Shown: piece by piece, positions 25,625 to 35,030 of the stretch | Numbering within the stretch: the stretch's first letter is position 1 | How the letters are laid out: the number at the start of each line of letters is the position of its first letter | Assembly (NCBI GenBank): GCA_002402635.1 | Contig: DHGE01000126.1 | Coordinates: 893 to 64,892 of the forward strand | DNA length: 64,000 nucleotides | Origin: Deferribacterales bacterium UBA4806 | GTDB taxonomy: Bacteria > Chrysiogenota > Deferribacteres > Deferribacterales > UBA228 | Reading direction: 5' to 3' | Notes under the pieces: generated by a model | Seen by the model: the letters and a program-made list of their open reading frames with translations, nothing else | Told to the model about the DNA's origin: nothing | The model's database searches: none | Program-made: the position numbers and the translations under genes

Positions 25625-26950
25625 CTAATCCTCCTTTTCTTTTTCTTTATTTTTATATTTTCGTTCTTGTTCCTCTTGATATTGTAAAGCTATTTCATCT
25701 GCTCCTTCACAAATACCAAATATTCCTGTTCGATTAGAACCTCTAACTTGAATATTTATTTGCTCCTTTTGTATTTGCATAGACTTCCTAATCCTCATAT
25801 AATATTCCCGGAACTCTTTTGCGTCCATTACTGATTTTACTTTTGAATAATCATAATTTTTTACATACCATTCTAAAATCTCATTAATTTCCTGTTCACT
25901 CCTTCCATTTTCTTCACTTAAAATCTGAAATTCCTTTGCCCAATCTAGTCTTTTATTTGGTGGTAAAGTTATCTTTATAGCTTTAGACAAAGTTTCTGCC
26001 ATTTCTAAGTATTTTTTAGGTAGTTGTTTTTTATTAGCCTCAAACAAAAAATAACTAAATCCCCCACCTTTAGCAAAATTGTTCCATAAAGTGCTATCCA
26101 ATGATAATCTTTGATTTTCATTTTTTACAATGGTGTAAAGAACTCTTTTTATTTCTGATATACTCCAAGTTTTAAATAAAAGTTCATCAGGGATATTATA
26201 TTTTTTACAAAAATTCTCTAAACTTTTTGCGGGCATATTATTTTTGTTACAAATGACTGGTCTTCCATTCATCAGGTTTTCTATCATTGTATAAATTCTT
26301 TTGTAAACTTTAGTGGTGGAGTCTTTATGTTTCGTAGTACCAGTGAGATTGTTCCAAAAATTTAAAATTTTTTGTACATCTGAACTGTAACGTTCCGTAG
26401 GAACGTAAGATACTTTAGTATCTATATTTTTTATATCTAATTCTTTATTATCTAATTTATTATTATCTATATTATTTAAGGTTTTGCTTAACCCCCCCTT
26501 TAAGGTTTCGCTTAACCCCTCCTTAAGATTATCCTTAATAGGTATTAAGGTTTCACTTAACCCCCCTTTAGATAAATCTTTAAGGGTAGTTAATGTTTTT
26601 TCTAATACCTTTTGTAATATTTTTTGATATTTTTGAGGATAGGTAGGATTAATATAAATCTTTCTAATCTGTGCTCCGTCATATCTTATCTCATATTCTA
26701 TATATAGATACTCTAATTTATATAATTTATTAATCATACTTGATATTGTTTCAGGTCTAATATTTATTAATTTACTGAGATATTTATTGCTTGCCCAGCA
26801 ATACCCTTGTTCATTACTTGTTAGATTATTTAAAAATCCAAATAATATTTTTTCCGTACTTGATAATTTTTCATTAAATAAAATTTCTGCTGGGATTACA
26901 ATATTAGGTAATCCCAGTGAATTTATTTTTGTATATTCTATATTTTTCAT
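25625..26950 (-). CDS. replication initiator/organiser with N-terminal winged-helix and internal iteron-encoded repeats
   Basis: N-terminal HTH-like CWASNKYLSKLINIRPETISSMINKL. Central GGLSETL x3. Located directly upstream of the loader and helicase. Confidence 0.45.
   Translation of the reverse strand: MKNIEYTKINSLGLPNIVIPAEILFNEKLSSTEKILFGFLNNLTSNEQGYCWASNKYLSKLINIRPETISSMINKLYKLEYLYIEYEIRYDGAQIRKIYINPTYPQKYQKILQKVLEKTLTTLKDLSKGGLSETLIPIKDNLKEGLSETLKGGLSKTLNNIDNNKLDNKELDIKNIDTKVSYVPTERYSSDVQKILNFWNNLTGTTKHKDSTTKVYKRIYTMIENLMNGRPVICNKNNMPAKSLENFCKKYNIPDELLFKTWSISEIKRVLYTIVKNENQRLSLDSTLWNNFAKGGGFSYFLFEANKKQLPKKYLEMAETLSKAIKITLPPNKRLDWAKEFQILSEENGRSEQEINEILEWYVKNYDYSKVKSVMDAKEFREYYMRIRKSMQIQKEQINIQVRGSNRTGIFGICEGADEIALQYQEEQERKYKNKEKEKED
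26478..26569. repeat. three roughly 23-bp direct repeats (candidate origin iterons) inside the initiator gene
   Basis: TAAGGTTTTGCTTAACCCCCCCTT (26478-26500), TAAGGTTTCGCTTAACCCCTCCTT (26501-26524), TAAGGTTTCACTTAACCCCCCTTT (26546-26569). An extreme AT tract at 26400-26477 adjoins them. Confidence 0.5.
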
Positions 26951-26972
26951 CTCATACCTCCTTCGGGATTTA

Positions 26973-27365
26973 TTAATATAAATCTTTTCTAAAATTTTTA
27001 AAATACTTTTTATTCTCTTTTTTCATTATATTCTCTAAACTCGTGAATTTCAATCGAAAAAATCTCCCGGACTCTATTAGTGGTATATTTTCTTTTTCTA
27101 TGTTATTCCAATACCAATCTAATACTGCTTGAACTCGTTCTGTACTTACATTATTATATTCCACTAATTTCTTTATTTCATATGTCCATTGGCAAATCTG
27201 ATAAGGAGTAATTTTTATATTTTTTTTAATTTGTAGGATAGTGGCTAGTTCGTAGGCCAATAAAAAATAATCATCATTGTTAATAATACACTTTTTTTGA
27301 AAAAAATCAACTCCAAAAAATTGATTATTGTAATTTCTAGTATTACTATAATTATTTGTTTGCAT
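26973..27365 (-). CDS. hypothetical protein
   Basis: ORF in the tiling. Confidence 0.5.
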   Translation of the reverse strand: MQTNNYSNTRNYNNQFFGVDFFQKKCIINNDDYFLLAYELATILQIKKNIKITPYQICQWTYEIKKLVEYNNVSTERVQAVLDWYWNNIEKENIPLIESGRFFRLKFTSLENIMKKENKKYFKNFRKDLY

Positions 27366-27366
27366 T

Positions 27367-28650
27367 CTACACCCCTATTATTATTTCTGGATATTCTTTA
27401 CTTCTAACTGTCAGGTTAGGTTTCATGAAAAGTGGAATATTGAATTCATTACATTGTATAATCAGAGATTTAACCCATTTCCATTCTGGTTGACCTTCTG
27501 ACATCCCAGTTGACCTAGACCTTCCTCCTACAATTAGCCACTCGATAGGTGGATTTTTTGGAAGTACTATATGTTCCATTAAAGGTTCACATGAAATAAA
27601 TCTGGTAGGATGATTTATTTGTTCGAAAATTTCTAAGGCAAGATTCATTCTTTTTTGAGTATCTGCCGTAGCCCCTAACCAGCAAGTTTCTGGCCACCTG
27701 AATTCTAAATAACGTTTAGGATTTTTAGTAAGAATAATGCAATTCCATTGAGGAGATTTTTTCATACTTTCTATCACCTGTTCAATCCACTCTTTCTTTA
27801 CCCAATCACCAAGCATATCTCCCATAGACACTGTAAAAACATTGTGAATACCAGATTCATTTTTCCTGTTTTCTGGTATTTTTGTGTTTTCTGGAGCTGA
27901 TAATCTTTTAGGATAGAAATGAGGTTCAAATCCATGAGGATAAAAACGATTAGCTATATCTCGAGCGTAACAGTAGGGGCATCCGTGTTTACATCCTGTA
28001 ATGGGATTCCATGTCCACTTTGCCCAGTCGATATTTTCATTGGTAGTATTAAAAGTAGGTTTTTCAACTTCTTTTCTTTCCTTTTTTTCTTTTCTAAGTT
28101 CTCCTGCCGCTTTATCAATGGAGATTTCTCCTACGATAACTTTGTTTTTTATTTCTTCATTATCTGAATCCAATATTGTTCTGGCATTACTAACGGTGGA
28201 GGAACCTACTCCTAATATTTCAGCAGTTTTTTTATGGGAAGGTTCTTTTTGTTCTTGAATCAAATTTTTGGTACCAAAAATTTGATTTTTAAATTCTTTA
28301 CTTTTACGGTCACCACCTCTTTTCTGTCTTTTATCCAAGGCTTCAATACATCTTAATATTTCTGCCTGGGTGAGATTTCTACGATTTCTTTGATTATGAA
28401 TAGCATACTCTAAGGCATGTCTTTCGGACTTAAATTCGTATTGTACCACCGGTATATCTTTTATCCCTGCTTGTTTTGCCGCTTCAAGTCTGGTATGCCC
28501 ATCAATTACAATGTTTCCCCATAAAACAATTGGTAATGCTTCATCATACCCTTGTTCTTCCATATTTTCTTTTATAGCTTGTAAAATAGCATCATTTATA
28601 TCAAATATGGAATTAAAAGGTTCCTGTGTTTTGATTTCATCAATTTTCAT
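27367..28650 (-). CDS. ParB/Srx-like N-terminal domain + HTH + DUF5131 (phage Gp37/Gp68, three-Cys CxxxCxxC) fusion protein
   Basis: NIVIDGHTRLEAAKQAG (ParB motif), TAEILGVGSSTVSNA (HTH), WTWNPITGCKHGCPYCYA, FTVSMGDM, ILTKNP, ISCEPL, WLIVGG, PLFMK (DUF5131 pattern). Confidence 0.75.
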   Translation of the reverse strand: MKIDEIKTQEPFNSIFDINDAILQAIKENMEEQGYDEALPIVLWGNIVIDGHTRLEAAKQAGIKDIPVVQYEFKSERHALEYAIHNQRNRRNLTQAEILRCIEALDKRQKRGGDRKSKEFKNQIFGTKNLIQEQKEPSHKKTAEILGVGSSTVSNARTILDSDNEEIKNKVIVGEISIDKAAGELRKEKKERKEVEKPTFNTTNENIDWAKWTWNPITGCKHGCPYCYARDIANRFYPHGFEPHFYPKRLSAPENTKIPENRKNESGIHNVFTVSMGDMLGDWVKKEWIEQVIESMKKSPQWNCIILTKNPKRYLEFRWPETCWLGATADTQKRMNLALEIFEQINHPTRFISCEPLMEHIVLPKNPPIEWLIVGGRSRSTGMSEGQPEWKWVKSLIIQCNEFNIPLFMKPNLTVRSKEYPEIIIGV

Positions 28651-29452
28651 TTTTTTCCTCCTTTTCTTTTTCTGTATAATTATATTTATATAATAATTCC
28701 TGTCCTTCCTTTGTATCTATACTGATAAATCTGAATGTTTTTATATCATACTGTTCCGTATTAGTTCCAAAAAGTAATAACCATTGGTATTTTGAATGTA
28801 TTTGTAAAAGTGAGTTATCTCTAATCCATATATATTTTTTATTTAATTGGGATATAATGGAAAAAAGTGTTACTTCCTTATACTTTTTAAAGCATTCTCT
28901 TCCGCCTTTTTCATAAGCAGTGCGATTTCTTTTTATCTGTGTAGCGTTAATGTTTAGAATAATATCCATTCTAGGATTGTTTTGAATAAAAGAAATAAGG
29001 GCCTTGTAGTCTTCTAAAATGAATCCATAAGGGTCGAAATATAATAGCCCGTATCTATATTTTTTACCTCCTAAATCATATAGAACTTCTTGCATATTTC
29101 TTCTACGAAAATTTATCTCTATTTTTGTATTTTTTACCATTGGTAAAAATCTGTGATAATAATTTCTTTTTAATTCTTTCATTTCTTTTTTATCCCTTTC
29201 TATTAGGTATAATTTCATTGGAATTTTTGTGTAAGGTAAAAGACTTTTTAAAAATATTTGAGGAGAGGTAAGATAATCAGGGTTCATATCCTTGGCAGTG
29301 CAATCTATAAAATATAATTCATTTTCAAACCATTTATTATATTTATACTTGTTATAAATAAATATTAATTTTCTGATTTGGGTATTAATTAAATACCGTA
29401 AATCCTTTTGTTTAAAAGGTGTTATTTCTGACATTTTTTCTAATGCACTCAT
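28640..29452 (-). CDS. tcmP: TcmP-like protein (three-Cys-motif partner protein), methyltransferase-fold suspected
   Basis: About 270 aa, immediately downstream of and overlapping the DUF5131 gene. YFIDCTAKD and LLYFDPYGF resemble the remembered TcmP pattern. The call is mainly by context. Confidence 0.45.
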   Translation of the reverse strand: MSALEKMSEITPFKQKDLRYLINTQIRKLIFIYNKYKYNKWFENELYFIDCTAKDMNPDYLTSPQIFLKSLLPYTKIPMKLYLIERDKKEMKELKRNYYHRFLPMVKNTKIEINFRRRNMQEVLYDLGGKKYRYGLLYFDPYGFILEDYKALISFIQNNPRMDIILNINATQIKRNRTAYEKGGRECFKKYKEVTLFSIISQLNKKYIWIRDNSLLQIHSKYQWLLLFGTNTEQYDIKTFRFISIDTKEGQELLYKYNYTEKEKEEKNEN

Positions 29453-29529
29453 TTGTTGCCTCCTTATAATTTAAGGTTTTATTTGTTAATTACCTTATAA
29501 TCTAAGGCAATTTTTTTCTCCTTATAATA

Positions 29530-30465
29530 TTATATTTTACCCATCAATTGCCTTACTATATAATCTGCTTCTTTTTGTGGCAATTCAGCAGGGTCTTCTT
29601 TCATATTTATATTCACTCTCCAAGCTTTTATACCTCTCATTTTTAATTCCGCGGATAATTTATCAGCCTGTTGATTAGCCTGGGGTTCTCCATCGAATAG
29701 TATTGCTACCTTTTTAAAATGGTGTGCTATTTGTTTTACTTGAGCTTGTGTATAACTTATTCCAAATATAGCAAATGAATAAATCCCTAATCTCCATACA
29801 TCTGTTATCCCTTCTACACATATACCTATTTCTCTCCATTTTTCCTGCTTTCCGTAAAGAATAGTTTGGTGTTCTATCAGCTCCCTTTCTTTTGGGCAGG
29901 CTTTGTATCTTAATCTTGACGATTTTAATATAGAACGTCCTTGAAAAGATACTATATTTCCATTCCAATAAATGGGAGCTATAATTCTATTTTTATAATC
30001 GGAATTATCTAATTTAGATACCGGCCCAGTCCCTAATAAATTCCATTCTTGTTCTAATTTATCTGGGTCGAAATTTCTAGAGATAAGATATTGTTTATGT
30101 GATTCTAAAAGTTTTCTACAATTCGAAGGAAATTCAAATGGTTTGGTTTTGACTATTTCTTTTTTAACTTTTTCTATGTTACTTTTTTTATTATATTCCT
30201 GTATTAGTTCCTTTATTTGTGTAAAGGATAATCCTGACAATTTAACTAGTGTTTCTACAATGGGGTGACTTCCGCACCTCCAACAATTGCTAGAGGTTAA
30301 TTCTTCGGGAATACCTAAATGATATCCTTCCTCACCAGATTCACAAAAGGGACAATTTACATTACACCAACCTTTTGTAGCGTGATGATGTTCACCTTTT
30401 CTTACATAAGGAATATTAAGGTCGGATAACAATTTAGAGGCACTCATTATTCGCTCCAGAAACAA
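29530..30465 (-). CDS. DNA primase (zinc ribbon + TOPRIM)
   Basis: CPFCESGEEGYHLGI...CWRCG (Zn ribbon), VEGITDVW and LFDGEPQA (TOPRIM acidic motifs). Confidence 0.65.
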   Translation of the reverse strand: MFLERIMSASKLLSDLNIPYVRKGEHHHATKGWCNVNCPFCESGEEGYHLGIPEELTSSNCWRCGSHPIVETLVKLSGLSFTQIKELIQEYNKKSNIEKVKKEIVKTKPFEFPSNCRKLLESHKQYLISRNFDPDKLEQEWNLLGTGPVSKLDNSDYKNRIIAPIYWNGNIVSFQGRSILKSSRLRYKACPKERELIEHQTILYGKQEKWREIGICVEGITDVWRLGIYSFAIFGISYTQAQVKQIAHHFKKVAILFDGEPQANQQADKLSAELKMRGIKAWRVNINMKEDPAELPQKEADYIVRQLMGKI

Positions 30466-30502
30466 TAAATAATTTGAAAAGAAGGTTCATTTTTTATAAC
30501 CT

Positions 30503-30541
30503 CTATATATATTATAGTTAAAAATCACATTTCATTTAGGG
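30503..30541 (-). promoter_or_regulatory. phage-specific promoter-like motif (upstream of the primase)
   Basis: Minus strand: CCCTAAATGAAAT-N11-CTATAATATATATAG. Overlaps the sigma-like gene stop codon. Confidence 0.45.
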
Positions 30542-31004
30542 CATTTTTTATATTGGTGAAAGCTTTCCATATTCTACTCCAAGACCAACCTTGTTTTCTT
30601 AATTTTTTATATATTTCACCTTTACAAACTTTGGGCAAAAATCCTACATATTCCAGAGGTGATTCCAAAATTATTTTACAAACCTCTCTTGCTTCAATTC
30701 CCATATCGTTAAGAAGTTCTGAAATTGGGGGACACCAGGGTACAGGAATTTCCATTGTTTCTCCAGTTTCTGTAATAAGAGATAAATGATTTTTTTCCTG
30801 TCTTTCTTTTACAATATAGGTTATCAACGCATTTTTAACATAGGTATAGATTAAGGTAGTTTTCTTATTACCTTTTGTTATGTCAAAATCCCGTAAAGCT
30901 TTGTAATATGCTACCAGAGCCTCTGATAGCATATCCTCATACTCAAGGTCTGGATTTTTATTCCAGAATTTCCACACTAAATTGTTGATTAAATTTGTTT
31001 CCAT
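30525..31004 (-). CDS. small sigma-70-family-like factor
   Basis: YEDMLSEALVAYYKALRDFDITKGNKKTTLIYTYVKNALITYI (region-2-like). C-terminal KKLRKQGWSWSRIWKAF is a region-4-like HTH. Confidence 0.5.
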   Translation of the reverse strand: METNLINNLVWKFWNKNPDLEYEDMLSEALVAYYKALRDFDITKGNKKTTLIYTYVKNALITYIVKERQEKNHLSLITETGETMEIPVPWCPPISELLNDMGIEAREVCKIILESPLEYVGFLPKVCKGEIYKKLRKQGWSWSRIWKAFTNIKNALNEM

Positions 31005-31124
31005 TTTAATACCTCCTTTAAGTTATTATTATTATAATATATCTGATACTTATTGATTTTTTTAAAAAATTTATTATACTAATAAATAATTGTCTGTAAT
31101 TTTTTGAAAAAATTATTATTTTTG

Positions 31125-31165
31125 CCCTAAATAAAAGTGAAATTTTAGTTATAATATATATATAG
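31125..31165 (+). promoter_or_regulatory. phage-specific promoter-like motif, rightward orientation
   Basis: Plus strand: CCCTAAATAAAAG-N11-TTATAATATATATATAG, in the divergent region 31005-31344. Confidence 0.4.
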
Positions 31166-31286
31166 AGAAAGAAAAGTAAATAGGAAGTAAAATGAATTAT
31201 CTTTTTCATACTATTATATATAATATAAGCATTTTAAAAAGTCAAGAGTTTTTTATAAAATATTTATAAAAGTATTAGAAAAAGTA

Positions 31287-31326
31287 TTGACTTTTTACTT
31301 AAAAAAGTATATTAGGTATTTATAAT
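31287..31326 (+). promoter_or_regulatory. sigma-70-like early promoter upstream of the SNF2 gene
   Basis: TTGACT at 31287-31292. A/T-rich -10 candidates: TATATT (31308), TATTAG (31310), TATAAT (31321). Confidence 0.4.
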
Positions 31327-31344
31327 AACTTCAAGGAGGTTAAA

Positions 31345-32955
31345 ATGTTTGTGGATTTATTAAATAATAGTACTTTAAAAATAAAGTTTAATTATGACAG
31401 GGAGTTGGTCGAATGGGTTAAGGATAGTATTCAAGGTAGAAAATACTATCCCGAAAGTAAAGTATGGACTGCTCCTTTAATTAAAAATAATATAGATTTA
31501 TTACAGCAAAGGGGATTTATTTTCAGTGATGGGTTGAAAGAAAAATTAAATAATGAAAAAAAGATAGAATTAAAAGGGGAGATTGAAATACCCTCAATAA
31601 AGGGTTCTTTATATCAATTTCAAAAACAAGCTGTAGAATTTTTGCAACTTAAGAATGGGAGAGCCTTGATTGCAGATGAGGTAGGATTAGGCAAAACGTT
31701 AGAAGCCTTATCTTGGACAGCACTTCACCCAGATAAAAGACCTGTGTTAATTGTATGTCCTGCTACTTTAAAACTAAATTGGAGACACGAGATAGATAAA
31801 TGGATTGGCAAAGTTAGGATAACTATTCTAAGTGGAACCACTCCATATGATATAAGAGATAGTGAGTATATTATCATTAATTATGATATAATTAATGAAT
31901 GGATGGATAAAATATTAGAAAAACAACCACAGATTTTGATACTAGATGAAGCCCATTATATAAAAAATTCGAAAACTATTAGGACTAAGACAATAAAATA
32001 TATTAGTAAATATATCCCTCACGTAATTGCTCTAACAGGAACTCCTATAATTAATCGTCCTATTGAAGCATATAATATAATAAAAATAATAGATAATAAT
32101 GTTATACCAGATTTTAAAACTTATACACAGGTTTTTTGTGATGCTAAATTAAGAAAATTTCGAGGTAGAATGTTTTGGGATTACAGTGGGGCAAGTAATA
32201 CAGAAGAGTTACACAATTTATTAACCAAGACTATAATGATAAGAAGGCTAAAGAAAGATGTGTTGAAAGAATTACCAAAGGTCACTAGAACTTTTGTACC
32301 CATTGAATTAAATAATTATAATGAATATAAACAGGCAGAAAACAATTTTATTGAGTTTATATTGGATAAGGAGGGAGAGGATAAAGCTAAAAAGATAACC
32401 CGCGCAGAAGCATTAGCTAAGGTAGAGATACTTAAACAATTGGCTATAAAAGGCAAACTTGAGTCTTGTCTGGAGTGGATAGAAGACTTAATTGAGAATA
32501 ATGGTAAAGTAATTGTGTTTGCTGTACATAGACAGGTCATAGATAGAATATATAATCATTTTCATAAAATTGCAGTTAAAGTAGATGGTAGTGTTACTGG
32601 TGCTAAAAGAGATGAAGCTGTACAAAAATTTCAAAACGATGATAATGTAAAGTTATTTGTAGGTAATATAAAAGCGGCAGGTACAGGGTTAACTCTTACA
32701 GCTTCCCATAATACTGTATTCTTGGAATTGCCTTGGACGCCTGGAGACGTTATACAGGCCGAAGGGCGCAATGATAGGATTTCTCAGGAATATCCTGTAA
32801 ATGTGTATTATTTATTGGCGGATAATACAATAGAGTGGGATATAGCTGAAATGTTAGATAGAAAAAGACAGGTTTTAGATATGGTATTAAATGGTGAGGA
32901 GACTGAGCAAGAAAGTTTATTGACTGAGATAATTAAAAAGTTTAAGAAAAATTAA
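31345..32955 (+). CDS. SNF2-family helicase/translocase
   Basis: [14 protein letters not shown] (motif I), [11 protein letters not shown] (DEAH), LTGTPI, and the C-terminal helicase lobe ([15 protein letters not shown]). Confidence 0.85.
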   Translation: MFVDLLNNSTLKIKFNYDRELVEWVKDSIQGRKYYPESKVWTAPLIKNNIDLLQQRGFIFSDGLKEKLNNEKKIELKGEIEIPSIKGSLYQFQKQAVEFLQLKNGRALIADEVGLGKTLEALSWTALHPDKRPVLIVCPATLKLNWRHEIDKWIGKVRITILSGTTPYDIRDSEYIIINYDIINEWMDKILEKQPQILILDEAHYIKNSKTIRTKTIKYISKYIPHVIALTGTPIINRPIEAYNIIKIIDNNVIPDFKTYTQVFCDAKLRKFRGRMFWDYSGASNTEELHNLLTKTIMIRRLKKDVLKELPKVTRTFVPIELNNYNEYKQAENNFIEFILDKEGEDKAKKITRAEALAKVEILKQLAIKGKLESCLEWIEDLIENNGKVIVFAVHRQVIDRIYNHFHKIAVKVDGSVTGAKRDEAVQKFQNDDNVKLFVGNIKAAGTGLTLTASHNTVFLELPWTPGDVIQAEGRNDRISQEYPVNVYYLLADNTIEWDIAEMLDRKRQVLDMVLNGEETEQESLLTEIIKKFKKN

Positions 32956-32970
32956 TGTGGAGGTAATGTT

Positions 32971-34125
32971 ATGAAAATTAATCTTTGCCCATTGTTTGAT
33001 TTAGCTAAGTTGATAAAACCTAAAAAAAGAAAAAATAAAAAAATTGAGATAATACCAGATGTTAGATGTATTACATTTAGAAAGAAAACTAATGACCCAA
33101 CAGATATCACTAATATTAGAAATATAGCCCAAAAAATGGTAAATAAATATAATTTGTATTTAGATGATTTTTCTATCGATGTGGTAGCTTATAATGTATA
33201 TCAGTATATACAAAAAAAGGGGATGCCCAAAGATTTACACGGATATGTAAAACAATGTGTTAGAAATGCCTATTTTGACAATTATAGAAAATATATAAAA
33301 CACGAAATACCATTGGATGAGTTTTTTGATTATTATATGGAAGGAGAAAAAGAAAATGAAAATAATACTTTTAAAAATGAGATATATAATACTGTTATAG
33401 AATTGTTAAGTATATACTACACTAAAGAGGAGATAAACTATTATTTACCATTATGTGTTAAGTTATTGGATAAAAATATACATATTAGCAATAAAAAGAT
33501 TAAGTTATTTCTAACTCGATTAAAAGGGGTTTGTTACAAGATTAGGGATAAATATCAATTGAAAGAAAACTTAGCTAATATGAAAATAAAAACAGCAAAA
33601 CAAATGATTAATGCTTCGCTGACTAGTTCTTTGTTACTTAGTCTTTTTAATACGATTGATGAAGAACACGGTATCTCCACTAATTTATTATTAGCTTTAG
33701 ATTACAAAAGTTTATACCGATTGATGGAATTGGCTGGAGGTACTACCGTAAATATTCCTACCCTTTCTCAATTCAATTCTTTATTAACAAGTGTCCAGAG
33801 ATATGTTAAAAATAAAATATTTACTGAGGAGCATAAAGATAAGGCATTAGATAGCTATTTAGCGAGGTCTGTAAATTATTCACAAGGAATGCTATTGGAT
33901 AAATTATGTAAAATATATAACATTGAAAATGAAAATGAAATAGCTTCTACTTCTGTGGCTAATATATTGGAAAATAATATAAAGGTACTGAATGAAATTT
34001 TTGAGAAAGTAAAGGATAAGGATTTACAAGATGTTACAGTGGTGAAATTAATTAAGGAAGTAAATATGACAATTACTGAATTATGTGGAACTTTGGTACA
34101 AAGTAAAGAAAATGAAAAAAATTAA
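32971..34125 (+). CDS. hypothetical protein (weak sigma region-2-like N-terminus)
   Basis: DVVAYNVYQYIQKKG...GYVKQCVRNAYFDNYRK. Weak resemblance only. Confidence 0.45.
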   Translation: MKINLCPLFDLAKLIKPKKRKNKKIEIIPDVRCITFRKKTNDPTDITNIRNIAQKMVNKYNLYLDDFSIDVVAYNVYQYIQKKGMPKDLHGYVKQCVRNAYFDNYRKYIKHEIPLDEFFDYYMEGEKENENNTFKNEIYNTVIELLSIYYTKEEINYYLPLCVKLLDKNIHISNKKIKLFLTRLKGVCYKIRDKYQLKENLANMKIKTAKQMINASLTSSLLLSLFNTIDEEHGISTNLLLALDYKSLYRLMELAGGTTVNIPTLSQFNSLLTSVQRYVKNKIFTEEHKDKALDSYLARSVNYSQGMLLDKLCKIYNIENENEIASTSVANILENNIKVLNEIFEKVKDKDLQDVTVVKLIKEVNMTITELCGTLVQSKENEKN

Positions 34126-34190
34126 AAAAAGTCTTGACTTTTATTAAAAAGTATATATAATAGAGATATAAAATAAAAGAAGGAGGTTAA
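34121..34190 (+). repeat. 70-bp promoter/RBS cassette, copy 1
   Basis: Identical base for base to 35031-35100. Confidence 0.9.
34134..34161 (+). promoter_or_regulatory. sigma-70-like early promoter
   Basis: TTGACT (34134-34139), 16-nt spacer, TATAAT (34156-34161). AAGGAGG RBS follows. Confidence 0.6.
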
Positions 34191-34191
34191 T

Positions 34192-35025
34192 ATGAAAACC
34201 TATTTTGAAAAGAAAGGAAAGAAAATTGAGGTAGAATTAGATGAGAATACAGGTAAATGTATTCTTACTATCGAAGGTAATTCTATTGAAACCACTCCTT
34301 GTAATGTAAAGAATACCTGGTGTTTTTTCGTAAAAGGTAAAAAGTTTTTAAAGGACATTTTTAATTTTAATGAAGATAGTGTTTATATGAGTGATAAATC
34401 TGCTGAAAAATTCTATGAAATTCAAAAACAAATAATGGAAAATAATAAACTTAAATTTTTTAAAAATAGTTCTGTAGTAATTCCTTTTCATCGTGAAGGT
34501 GAAAATGGGTTTGTTCTTACAGGTTCTTTATATTTTACAAATGATGAAAAATCGGAATATACTGATATAGCTTATTTGGTGGATAATTTGATTAAAAATG
34601 AAGATTTGAAATGGTGTTTAGATAAAAATAGACATAAAGATATAAGTGTAATTAGTAAAAGAGTGGCTACCTATATTTTGAATATAATGGATAAAGAAAA
34701 CTTAGAAGGAGTTAAACCAATACGTTATAAAGATTGCTATGGTGAATATATTTCAAAAATAGTATTTACCAATTTTGAAATATTTGAAAAATATTTATTT
34801 GAAGCTGTTAAAGATGATATTAATAAATTAAAAGAAAATGAAATGAAAAGAAAGGAACACGAGACTTTGTGTTTTAAACAGGCTAAAGAGACAGGAAAAA
34901 ATGTTAAAATTTATAGTTATTCTGTTCCTTGTAATAGTAAAAATGAAGAATGTGATATAGATAATATTATTGTATATGCTACCCCAGAAGGTACAATAAA
35001 AAAAGAAAGAATACATTGTTATTAA
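34192..35025 (+). CDS. hypothetical early protein
   Basis: Preceded by a perfect promoter/RBS cassette. Confidence 0.55.
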   Translation: MKTYFEKKGKKIEVELDENTGKCILTIEGNSIETTPCNVKNTWCFFVKGKKFLKDIFNFNEDSVYMSDKSAEKFYEIQKQIMENNKLKFFKNSSVVIPFHREGENGFVLTGSLYFTNDEKSEYTDIAYLVDNLIKNEDLKWCLDKNRHKDISVISKRVATYILNIMDKENLEGVKPIRYKDCYGEYISKIVFTNFEIFEKYLFEAVKDDINKLKENEMKRKEHETLCFKQAKETGKNVKIYSYSVPCNSKNEECDIDNIIVYATPEGTIKKERIHCY

Positions 35026-35030
35026 AAAAT

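Noticed and set aside
31018-31209. 63-aa ORF in the divergent intergenic region
   Set aside because: The tract is extremely AT-rich and occupied by promoter-like elements, including the rightward 40-bp motif at 31125-31165. The product is low-complexity I/F/K with no RBS.
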